Source: Candidatus Rokuibacteriota bacterium (GTDB lineage: Bacteria > Methylomirabilota > Methylomirabilia > Rokubacteriales > CSP1-6). From it: a DNA stretch of 64,000 nt. A program made the position numbers and the translations under genes. Of this stretch, positions 1 through 8,560 are shown in pieces (positions within the stretch are counted from its first letter, which is position 1; each line of letters starts with the position of its first letter). The notes beneath the pieces were generated by a model. That model had not been told where the DNA came from and did no database searches. It saw only the letters and a list, made by a program, of their open reading frames with translations. The DNA is taken from assembly GCA_003220435.1 (NCBI GenBank), contig QHSL01000062.1:65919-129918 (forward strand), written 5' to 3'.

Positions 1-785
1 TTCAGCTTCTCGACCGGCTGGGCCGCGGCGCCACGCCCACACGCGCCGGCGAGCTGATGCTCGGCTACGCCCGGCGCATGTTGACGCTGGCGCGCGAGGC
101 GCGACAGGCGCTCGACCAGTTCCAGGGCCGGATGAGCGGCCAGCTCGTCGTCGGCGGCTCGACGATTCCAGGGGAGTATCTGCTGCCCGGGCTGATCGGT
201 CAGTTCCGCGCGAAGTATCCGGACATCTCGATCTCGCTGCTGATCGGCTCGAGCCGCCAGGTCGCGATCTGGGTCGACGACGGCCGCGCCGAGGTCGGGG
301 TCGTTGGGGCGCGTCCGGGGCCGCGGACGCTGCTTGCGCGCGAGCTGATGGTGGACGAGCTCGTCGTGGTCGTGCCGGCTGATCACCCGTGGGCGGGACG
401 CAAGAGCGTGACCCTCGCGGACGTCAAGAGCGAGCCCCTGATCGTCAGGGAGCAAGGTTCCGGGTCGCGCGAGGCGCTCGAGAATGCCCTGAGCGAGGTG
501 AATGCCGACCTCTCGGCGTTCCGGGTCGTCAGCGAGATCGGCTCGACCCAGGCGATCAAGCAGGCGGTGCGCTCGGGCGTGGGGATCACGCTGATGTCGC
601 GGCGCGCGGTCGAGGACGAGTGCCGGGCGAGGCTCCTGTCATGCGTGCAGCTCAAGGACCTCACGGTGTCGCGATCGTTCTACCTGGTGATCCACCGCGA
701 GCGGAGCCGCTCACCGCTGGCGCAGGCGTTCGTGGAGTTCGTGGAATCCCAACTGCCCGAACGGGCGTCTCAAGGGCACCCATGA
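1..785 (+). CDS. LysR-family transcriptional regulator, C-terminal substrate-binding domain (5' partial; HTH lies upstream of window)
   Basis: ORF 57..785 reads MLGYARRMLTLAREARQALDQF...GSTIPGEYLLPGLIGQFRAKYPDISISLLIGSSRQV, typical LysR linker plus periplasmic-binding-like effector domain. Reading frame is open to position 1. Stop TGA 783-785 overlaps the selD ATG 782 (ATGA). Confidence 0.8.
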   Translation, partial: QLLDRLGRGATPTRAGELMLGYARRMLTLAREARQALDQFQGRMSGQLVVGGSTIPGEYLLPGLIGQFRAKYPDISISLLIGSSRQVAIWVDDGRAEVGVVGARPGPRTLLARELMVDELVVVVPADHPWAGRKSVTLADVKSEPLIVREQGSGSREALENALSEVNADLSAFRVVSEIGSTQAIKQAVRSGVGITLMSRRAVEDECRARLLSCVQLKDLTVSRSFYLVIHRERSRSPLAQAFVEFVESQLPERASQGHP

Positions 786-1849
786 CCGAGCACACCCACA
801 CGGAGGTCCGGCTCACCTCGTACGCCGCCTGCGCCGGCTGAGCATCCAAGATGGCTCCTGGAGATCTCCAGGAGGTGCTGGAAGTGCTGAGGCCCGGCGG
901 TACGCCGCCGCCGAGCGACCTGCTGGTCGGGCTCGGCGCGGCCGACGACGCCGCCGTGTACCGGATCGGGTCCGACGTCGCGATCGTCGAGACCGTCGAC
1001 TTCTTCCCGCCGGTCGTCGACGACCCGTGGACGTGGGGCGCGGTGGCCGCCGCCAACGCGATGTCCGATGTCTACGCGATGGGCGGCGAGGTGATGTTCG
1101 CGCTCGCCATCGCCGGCTTCCCGCGCGAAATGGCGAAGACGATCATCGCGGCGGTGTTCCGGGGCGGCCGCGACAAGGTCGCCGAGGCGGGTGGCGTCAT
1201 CGCCGGTGGCCACACGGTCGTCGACGCCGAGCCGAAGTACGGGCTCTGCGTGACGGGCCGCGTCCACCCCGACCGAATCCTCATCAAAGGGGGTCTCAGA
1301 CCAGGCGACCGCCTCTTTCTCTCCAAGCCGCTGGGCACCGGTGTGATCACGACTGCTGGGAAGAACAGAAAGGCGAGCGACGAAGAACTCGCCGGGGCCG
1401 TCGCGAGCATGCTGCGGCTGAATCGGGTCGCCGCTGAGGTGGCGCGCGAGGTCGGCGCCCGAGGTGCCACCGACATCACGGGGTTCGGGCTGCTCGGCCA
1501 CGCAGGTGAGATGGTCAGGGCGTCACGCGCGGGACTCGCTATCGCCGCGTCCCGGCTGCCGCTCCTGCCGGGAGCTCGGAAGCTGGCCGACGCCGGCAAC
1601 TTCAGCGGCGGCATGAAGCGCAATCGGCGGTATGTGGATGCGGCGTTCGGATCCGCTCTCCAGATCGACCCCGGCGTGCCGGATGATCTCGCCTCGATGC
1701 TCACCGAGGCCGAGACGTCCGGCGGGCTGCTTTTCTCGGTCGCTTCGAGCCAGGCGGGAGCGGTCGGCGACGCCTTCCGCCGACGGGGCGAGGAGTGCTG
1801 GGAGATCGGCTCGGTCCTGACCGAGCCCGTGATCCGCGTCACGCCCTGA
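782..1849 (+). CDS. selD: Selenide, water dikinase (selenophosphate synthetase) with in-frame UGA selenocysteine codon at 839-841
   Basis: ORFs 389..841 and 851..1849 are in the same frame, separated only by TGA 839-841. Read-through gives MTEHTHTEVRLTSYAACAG-U-ASKMAPGDL..., where U and the Lys three residues later align with Cys17/Lys20 of E. coli SelD (SHGAGCGCK). Downstream sequence has SelD/PurM-like motifs (DDAAVY, GGHTVVDAEPKYGL, TDITGFGLLGH). Confidence 0.8.
855..874 (+). promoter_or_regulatory. SECIS-like RNA hairpin 14 nt downstream of the selD UGA
   Basis: Perfect 20-nt palindrome ctcctggagatctccaggag seen directly in the sequence. Its position relative to the UGA matches bacterial SECIS geometry. 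Confidence 0.5.
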
Positions 1850-1980
1850 CCGTCCCCGAGGCCGCTATCGGCTCGCCCGATGATGTGCCTGCCCAGAATC
1901 AAGTCTACCGATTTGCGTTCCCGCTGAATCGCTATACGCTCGAGTGCCATCAAACTCGCTCTCCTCGAGGGACGCTCACC

Positions 1981-3096
1981 ATGAATCGACGGTCATTCTT
2001 GAGGGTTGCCGCGGCAGCACCCGTGGTCGCCGCGACGTCTCACCTGCACCTGCTCGCGTCGCCGGCGCGGGCACAGCAAAAGGAGTTCGCGCCCCGCCTC
2101 GGCACGTGGCGGACGTTCGAGATCACGACCCGCGTGGAGGTTCTGGAGCCGGCCGGCGTGAGCCGCGTGTGGCTCCCGCTGCCTGCGGTGACGTCGGAGT
2201 ACCAGCGTCCGCTCGGAGACCGGTGGTCGGGCAATGCCAGAGTCATGAAGACGGCGAGCGACCCGCACTATGGCGCGGCCATGCTCTACGCGGAGTTCGC
2301 GGCCGGCGAGGCCGCCCCGGTGGTCGAGGTGACGAGCCGCTTCGAGGCCCAGGACCGCGCGTTCGACTGGTCGAAGAAGGTCGCCGCCCACGAGGACCCG
2401 GTTGCCCTCAAGATGTGGACGAAGGCCACCGACTTCATGCCGACCGACGGGATCGTCCGCGAGACCGCGCTCGAGATCACCCGAGGCAAGGCCACGGACC
2501 TCGAGAAAGTGCGCGCGGTCTACGACTGGATCCTGGCCAACACCTACCGGGAGCCCAAGGTGCGCGGCTGCGGCGTGGGCGACATCAAAGCGATGCTCGA
2601 GACGAAGAGCTTCGGAGGCAAGTGCGGCGACATCAACGGCCTCTTTGTGGGCCTGGTGAGATCCGTCGGCGTGCCCGCCCGTGACATCTACGGCATCCGC
2701 GTCGCGCCGTCGACGTTCGGCTACAAGTCGCTCGGCGCGGGCAGCGCGATCATCTCCAGGGCTCAGCATTGCCGGGCCGAGGTGTTCCTGACGGACTACG
2801 GTTGGGTGGCCATGGACCCCGCGGACGTCACCAAGGTGGCCCGCGAGGAGACGAGCGAGTGGCTGAAGATCGACCATCCGCTCGTCGAAGCGGTCCGGCC
2901 CAAGCTCTTCGGCGGGTGGGAGGGCAACTGGCTCGCTTACAACACCGCCCACGACGTGGCGCTTCCGAACGCCACGCAGGGTGGTCGGCTCGCGTTCTTC
3001 ATGTACCCGCAGTCCGAGACGTCGCAGGGACGCCGCGACAGCCTCGATCCGGACACCTTCAAGTACACGATCACGTCGCGCGAGATCAAAGCATAG
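1981..3096 (+). CDS. Transglutaminase-like superfamily protein with twin-arginine (Tat) signal peptide
   Basis: Starts MNRRSFLRVAAAAPVVAATSHLH (S-RR-x-FLR motif). Later has transglutaminase-core-like Cys/His/Asp region (GKCGDINGLFVGLVRSVGVPARDIYGIRV...HCRAEVF...WVAMDPAD). ORF 1795..3096 has an upstream non-coding extension. Confidence 0.75.
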   Translation: MNRRSFLRVAAAAPVVAATSHLHLLASPARAQQKEFAPRLGTWRTFEITTRVEVLEPAGVSRVWLPLPAVTSEYQRPLGDRWSGNARVMKTASDPHYGAAMLYAEFAAGEAAPVVEVTSRFEAQDRAFDWSKKVAAHEDPVALKMWTKATDFMPTDGIVRETALEITRGKATDLEKVRAVYDWILANTYREPKVRGCGVGDIKAMLETKSFGGKCGDINGLFVGLVRSVGVPARDIYGIRVAPSTFGYKSLGAGSAIISRAQHCRAEVFLTDYGWVAMDPADVTKVAREETSEWLKIDHPLVEAVRPKLFGGWEGNWLAYNTAHDVALPNATQGGRLAFFMYPQSETSQGRRDSLDPDTFKYTITSREIKA

Positions 3097-3602
3097 GCCT
3101 CCCGGCGCTCGCCGGGATCGCGGCGGCGCTGCTGCTCGTCGCGAGCGGAGCGCGCGGCGATCCCTCGCGATTCCTGCCGTGGACGGAGTCGTCCACGCCG
3201 GCGCTCAGCCTGAGCGACATCGCCGGACGACCACACGCGGTCGCGGACTATCGCGGCAGCGTCGTGCTCGTGAACTTCTGGGCGACCTGGTGCGAGCCCT
3301 GCCGCGAAGAGATGGTCTCGATGCGAAAGCTTCAGGAGCGGCTGGCCGGTCGCCCGTTTGTGACGTTGCTCGTGAACTACGGCGAGTCGAGGTTGCGGGT
3401 GAGCGAGTTCGTGAAGCGAGAGTCCGTTGGCTTCCGGATACTGCTCGACCCGAATCAGGACGCTTCGCGGGCGTGGCGGGTCCGGGTGCTGCCGTCGAGC
3501 TTTCTGATCGACGGCGAGGGACGCGTGCGCTACAGCGTCATCGGCGAGCTCGACTGGGCGGGCGCCGACGCCGTGAGCATGGTTCAGGACCTCCTGCGCT
3601 GA
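3093..3602 (+). CDS. TlpA/ResA-like thiol-disulfide oxidoreductase (thioredoxin fold, WCEPC motif); start codon unresolved
   Basis: Reads ...IGLPALAGIAAALLLVASGARGD (signal/TM anchor) ...VVLVNFWATWCEPCREEMVSMRKL...LIDGEGRVRY. No in-frame ATG/GTG/TTG lies between the upstream gene stop (3094-3096) and the hydrophobic N-terminus. The only upstream ATG (2769) would overlap the previous gene by 330 nt. Confidence 0.6.
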   Translation: MGLPALAGIAAALLLVASGARGDPSRFLPWTESSTPALSLSDIAGRPHAVADYRGSVVLVNFWATWCEPCREEMVSMRKLQERLAGRPFVTLLVNYGESRLRVSEFVKRESVGFRILLDPNQDASRAWRVRVLPSSFLIDGEGRVRYSVIGELDWAGADAVSMVQDLLR

Positions 3603-3641
3603 TCCCCGTCGAATCGAGCGGCCCGCGCTCGCGCCGGGACG

Positions 3642-3920
3642 CTACGCGATGGGCCGCTGGGAGTCGCGCTGGCTGCGAAGAACTGCCAGGAGACGCTGCT
3701 TCAGCTCTGCGGGAACTTCGATTTCTCTCAGCTTGGTCGCGGCGTTGATGGTGCCGCGGTAGGTCTTCACGAACGCGACGCACGGCGGACACCCCTCGAT
3801 GTGCCACTCCAGAAGCTCGCGGGTCGACTTCGGGAGCGTCCCATCCAGATAGTCGCCGAGAAGGTCGGCAATCTGCCGACACTCGATGGTCGTGGGGTCA
3901 GGGGTGTCGGGGTCTGACAT
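3642..3920 (-). CDS. Zinc-finger anti-sigma factor domain protein (ZAS-type, C-x25-H-x3-C-x2-C)
   Basis: MSDPDTPDPTTIECRQIADLLGDYLDGTL...EWHIEGCPPC: Cys14...His40-x3-Cys44-x2-Cys47, the RsrA-like ZAS signature. 92 aa; no sigma factor gene adjacent. Confidence 0.6.
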   Translation of the reverse strand: MSDPDTPDPTTIECRQIADLLGDYLDGTLPKSTRELLEWHIEGCPPCVAFVKTYRGTINAATKLREIEVPAELKQRLLAVLRSQRDSQRPIA

Positions 3921-3989
3921 CGGCGTCCATTATATGTAGACGGTCCACCTCGTGCGAGGGATTCCGTCGGAAATGTTATCCTCGCGTCG

Positions 3990-5033
3990 GTGGCCTCCCG
4001 GGTCGGAGTCCTCACACCGTTCGCCTACCCATCGGTCCGCGGCAACGCCGTGACGGTCGCGCGGATCGCCGCAGGGCTGGCTGAGCGTGGTGTCGCCCTC
4101 CGTGTTTGGGATCTCTCGGTGCGGGAGGAGTCGGCGATCGTCACCGAGGTCGAGGCGTACCGCCCCGCGCTGATCCACGCGTTCCACGCCCACCGCGCGG
4201 GCCCGCTGGCCCTCACGCTGGCCCGCCGGATGGAGATTCCTCTGGTCGTGACCTTCACGGGAACCGACGCCAACCACGACCTCTTCATTCCGGAGCGCGC
4301 CGCCGTGGTACGCCGCGTTCTCGAGGGCGCAGCACGCTTGACGGTGTTCCACGACTCCATCGGCGAGCGGGTCGCGTCGGCGCTGCCGGACCTTCGGGCC
4401 CGCCTCGTCGTCGTTCCGCAGTCGGTCGGCCCGTCGGCCGCGGAGCCGTTCGACCTTCAAGCCCGCTGGTCGCTCCCGCCGGGGGTAGTGTCGTTCGTGT
4501 TTCCAGCCGGTATCCGGGCCGTGAAGAATCCATTGCTTCCTCTTGGGCCGCTGGGGAGGCTGATCGTCCACTTTCCGGAAATTCGCCTGATTTACGTCGG
4601 CCCCGTGCTCGATCCGGAGTTGGGCGAGGCCCTGCTGCGTCGATTGTCGCCGTTGCGGTGGGCCCGTCACATCGGTGCGCTTCCCCATGCCCAGATGGCC
4701 TCGCTGCTATCGCAAGCCGACGTGGTGTTGAACTGCTCGGTGTCCGAAGGCGGCATGGCGAACTCGGTGCTCGAAGCCCTCATGGCGGGTCGGGCCGTTC
4801 TGGCGTCGGACATCGAGGGCAACCGCTCGCTCGTCGATGACGGCGCGACCGGCCTCCTGTTCCGTGACGAAGCCGAGTTCGAGCTGCGCGTTGCCCAGCT
4901 GGTGCGTGACCCAGACCTGCGGGCTCGGCTCGGGAGGGCCGGCCAGTCCCTCGTCAAGCGTCAGTATCCGCTTTCTCGTGAGATCGACGGCTACCGCGAC
5001 GTCTACCGCGCGCTGATCCCGGTTCCGGCGTGA
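3990..5033 (+). CDS. Glycosyltransferase family 1 (GT4-type)
   Basis: GTG start. C-terminal domain has the typical GT1 E-x7-E region (SEGGMANSVLEALMAGRAVLASDIEGNRSLV). Confidence 0.8.
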   Translation: MASRVGVLTPFAYPSVRGNAVTVARIAAGLAERGVALRVWDLSVREESAIVTEVEAYRPALIHAFHAHRAGPLALTLARRMEIPLVVTFTGTDANHDLFIPERAAVVRRVLEGAARLTVFHDSIGERVASALPDLRARLVVVPQSVGPSAAEPFDLQARWSLPPGVVSFVFPAGIRAVKNPLLPLGPLGRLIVHFPEIRLIYVGPVLDPELGEALLRRLSPLRWARHIGALPHAQMASLLSQADVVLNCSVSEGGMANSVLEALMAGRAVLASDIEGNRSLVDDGATGLLFRDEAEFELRVAQLVRDPDLRARLGRAGQSLVKRQYPLSREIDGYRDVYRALIPVPA

Positions 5034-5050
5034 CCGGGAGGCCGCCCGTC

Positions 5051-5082
5051 AGGGGGCTTGTTTGCCGACCGGCTTGCCCCCT
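5051..5082 (+). terminator. GC-rich hairpin after GT1 gene (agggggc...gccccct, 7-bp stem, long loop); weak terminator candidate
   Basis: Inverted repeat seen in the sequence; no U-tract follows. Confidence 0.25.
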
Positions 5083-5185
5083 CCATCGAGTAGTATGAAA
5101 GCCAAGTGTGTGAGTCCAAAGGCCGCACGGAAGCGGCTTGACGGCTCTTTATAATGGCAGAGAAGATTCGCGAGAGGAGACCTCG

Positions 5186-6202
<1,017 letters not shown>

Positions 6203-6217
6203 CCGCGGGAGGATCTG

Positions 6218-7666
6218 ATGGAGCAGCGCGTCGGGATGGATGATCTCCTGGGGCGGATCCGCCGCGAGATTCGGCGGCGGCGCGGGGAATACTACGGTCT
6301 GCGCGGCGCCTTCTGGGGCGCCGTGGCCGGCTTCGCGGTCCTCCTCGCCAAGCAGGGCGTCGGTGGCACGGCGCCCTGGGTCGCCGGTAGCCTCGTCGTC
6401 ATCGGAGCGCTCGCGGGCGTCGTGTACGGCGTCGCCCGTCGCGTCGGCCGGCTCGATACGGCCCGGGTCGCTGACCGTGCCTTTGGGCTCCACGACCGGG
6501 TCGCGACGACGCTCGAGTGGGGCGAGCGAGCCGACCGCACCTCGCTGGTCGACGCCCTGGTCGCCGACACGCTGGCGCGCGTGCAAGCCCTCCAGATAAA
6601 GGGAGTGGTCAGGCACGTGCTGCCCCGCGAAGGGCGCTTCCTGCCGCTGCCGGTGGTGGCGTGCCTGGTGCTCGCACTGATGCCGCCGATCCCGCTCCCC
6701 TCCGGGCGCCTTCCCGACATGCTCGCTCCGGGCGAGGAGGAGCGCGAGGACCGGACCCGGTCGACGATGCTCGAGGAGACGACCCGCCCGCTTGCCAAGG
6801 ACGCGCAGAAGCGTGCCTCGTTCGAGGAGCGGGACTTCGCGCAGCGCGCGGGTGGAGGCGGCGCCACCACCGCCGGCGACCTCTCGGCGATCTTCAAGGA
6901 CACGTCGCTCGCCAATCAGCGTCCAGACTTCAACAGCTTTCTGAAGAAAGGCGACGAACGCCTCAAGATGCTGGAGCAGATGGACCGGCTCCCCGACCTC
7001 CAGTCCGATTTCACCAACAGCCAGTACAAGATGGTGTTCCGGAAGTCCAAGTCGCTGACGGGCGGCCTCCGCCCGAACCAGATATCGCCCCAGAAGCTGC
7101 GCGAGCTGCTCGAAGAGATGGAGCGCCTGGGCCGCAAGGGGGGCAACTGGGGCAACGATGCGATGGAGGGCATGGAGGCGCTCGAAGGGGGGCAAACCGA
7201 TCGCGCCCTCGAGGCCATGCAGAAGGCGCTCGACAAGATGCGGGCGATGGACGACGCCGAGCGCTCGGGCAAGGGGCTGCGGGGCGGCCGGGAGAACGAG
7301 CGGGGTTCGCGCGGCCGCGAGCGGGGTCGTGGCGACGGGATGGGCGGTGACGAGCAGGACTTCGGCGAAGGCGAGGGGCTCCTGCCCGGCCGCGGGCGGA
7401 GCGGATCTCCGAAGGGCGAGGCGACGCAACGGCTGCGGGCCAGCCCTTACGACGTCGGCGTCGAGGGGGAGTCTCGACGCGGCCGGAAGGAAGGGTTTGA
7501 CACCAACCTGACCGGGCGCGCCGGCAGCATGGCGTCCCGGCTCCAGTACCTCGGCGTCATCGGGCAGTACCGCAAGATGATGGAGGACGCGATCACGCGG
7601 GAGCAGGTGCCCCGCGACTATCACGACCAGATCCGGAACTACTTCCAGGCGCTGGACGAGCGCTAA
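6218..7666 (+). CDS. Uncharacterized membrane protein (3 predicted TM helices plus long charged/low-complexity C-terminal region) inside the MoxR operon
   Basis: 482 aa. N-terminal hydrophobic segments (FWGAVAGFAVLLA, VAGSLVVIGALAGVVYGV, LPLPVVACLVLALMPPIPL). C-terminal Glu/Arg/Lys-rich predicted coiled region with RG-rich tract (GRENERGSRGRERGRGDGMGGDEQDFGEGEG). 16-nt gap after MoxR and 10-nt gap before DUF58. Confidence 0.6.
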   Translation: MEQRVGMDDLLGRIRREIRRRRGEYYGLRGAFWGAVAGFAVLLAKQGVGGTAPWVAGSLVVIGALAGVVYGVARRVGRLDTARVADRAFGLHDRVATTLEWGERADRTSLVDALVADTLARVQALQIKGVVRHVLPREGRFLPLPVVACLVLALMPPIPLPSGRLPDMLAPGEEEREDRTRSTMLEETTRPLAKDAQKRASFEERDFAQRAGGGGATTAGDLSAIFKDTSLANQRPDFNSFLKKGDERLKMLEQMDRLPDLQSDFTNSQYKMVFRKSKSLTGGLRPNQISPQKLRELLEEMERLGRKGGNWGNDAMEGMEALEGGQTDRALEAMQKALDKMRAMDDAERSGKGLRGGRENERGSRGRERGRGDGMGGDEQDFGEGEGLLPGRGRSGSPKGEATQRLRASPYDVGVEGESRRGRKEGFDTNLTGRAGSMASRLQYLGVIGQYRKMMEDAITREQVPRDYHDQIRNYFQALDER

Positions 7667-7675
7667 GGGAGACCG

Positions 7676-8560
7676 ATGGCGACCCGCCACGCGTTCTTCA
7701 CCTCCGAGTTCCTGGCGCAGCTCGAGCGTCTGTCGCTGCTCTCGCGTCGGATCTTCCGGGGGCGCGTGAAGGGTGAGCGCCGGAGCCTGCGCCGCGGACA
7801 CAGCGTCGAGTTCTGCGACTACCGCGCCTACGGGGTCGGCGACGACCTCCGCTACGTCGACTGGAACATCTACGGGCGGCTCGATCGCTTGCACGTCAAG
7901 CTCTTCGTTGACGAAGAAGACCTCTGCCTGCACCTGATCGTCGACGCGTCCGCCTCGATGGATTTCGGCACGCCGACCAAGCTCGACTGCGCGGTGCGCC
8001 TGGCGGCGGCCCTCGGGTTCGTGGGGCTCATGAATCTGGAGCGGGTGGGCGTGGGCGTGCTCCGCGAGCGGGTGGCCGAAGGGTGGCCGCCGACGCGGGG
8101 CCGGCATCAGGTGGGTGCGCTGGTGAATTTCCTGGGCGCGGTCGAGCCCGTCGGCGGCACCGGTCTCAACGAGGCGCTGGCGAGCTACGCGACACGCTCG
8201 CGGCAGCCGGGTCTGGCCGTGGTGATCTCGGACCTGCTGGACCCGGCCGGCTACGAGGCCGGCGTGCGCGCGCTGCTCGAGCGCCGCTTCGACGTCCACC
8301 TGGTCCACGTGCTGGCTCCGGAGGAGATGAGCCCGGAGATCAGTGGCGACCTGCGGCTGCTCGATCGCGAGACCGGCGAGGCGCGCGAGCTCTCGATGGA
8401 CGGCGAGGCCACGCGCGCGTACCGCGAGCGGCTCCGGCAGTTCCTGGAGCGCGCGGAGGCGTTCTGCCGGATGAAGGAGATCGGCTATCACCGGCTGACG
8501 TCCGATAGCTCGGTCGAGGACTTCGTTCTGTCGCAGCTGCGGGGCCGTGTGCTCGTATGA
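7676..8560 (+). CDS. DUF58 family protein (MoxR-associated, VWA-like)
   Basis: RGHSVEFCDYRAYGVGDDLRYVDWNIYGRLDRLHVKLFVDEEDL is the DUF58 signature. Stop overlaps the next gene start (ATGA at 8557-8560). Confidence 0.8.
   Translation: MATRHAFFTSEFLAQLERLSLLSRRIFRGRVKGERRSLRRGHSVEFCDYRAYGVGDDLRYVDWNIYGRLDRLHVKLFVDEEDLCLHLIVDASASMDFGTPTKLDCAVRLAAALGFVGLMNLERVGVGVLRERVAEGWPPTRGRHQVGALVNFLGAVEPVGGTGLNEALASYATRSRQPGLAVVISDLLDPAGYEAGVRALLERRFDVHLVHVLAPEEMSPEISGDLRLLDRETGEARELSMDGEATRAYRERLRQFLERAEAFCRMKEIGYHRLTSDSSVEDFVLSQLRGRVLV

Noticed and set aside
389-841. 150-aa ORF treated as an independent gene
   Set aside because: Only its last 19 codons are genuine: they are the selD N-terminus ending at the Sec UGA. 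The upstream part overlaps the LysR gene in another frame with Arg/Gly-rich artefact sequence.
2769-3602. ATG 2769 as start of the thioredoxin-like gene
   Set aside because: It would overlap the transglutaminase-like gene by about 330 nt in a different frame, with a low-complexity Arg/Gly-rich product. The true start is unresolved (see finding).
5138-5155. TTGACG ... TATAAT promoter-like hexamers upstream of MoxR
   Set aside because: Only 6 nt separate the two hexamers, which is incompatible with sigma-70 spacing. Probably coincidental, although the TATAAT could still serve as a -10 with a different -35.
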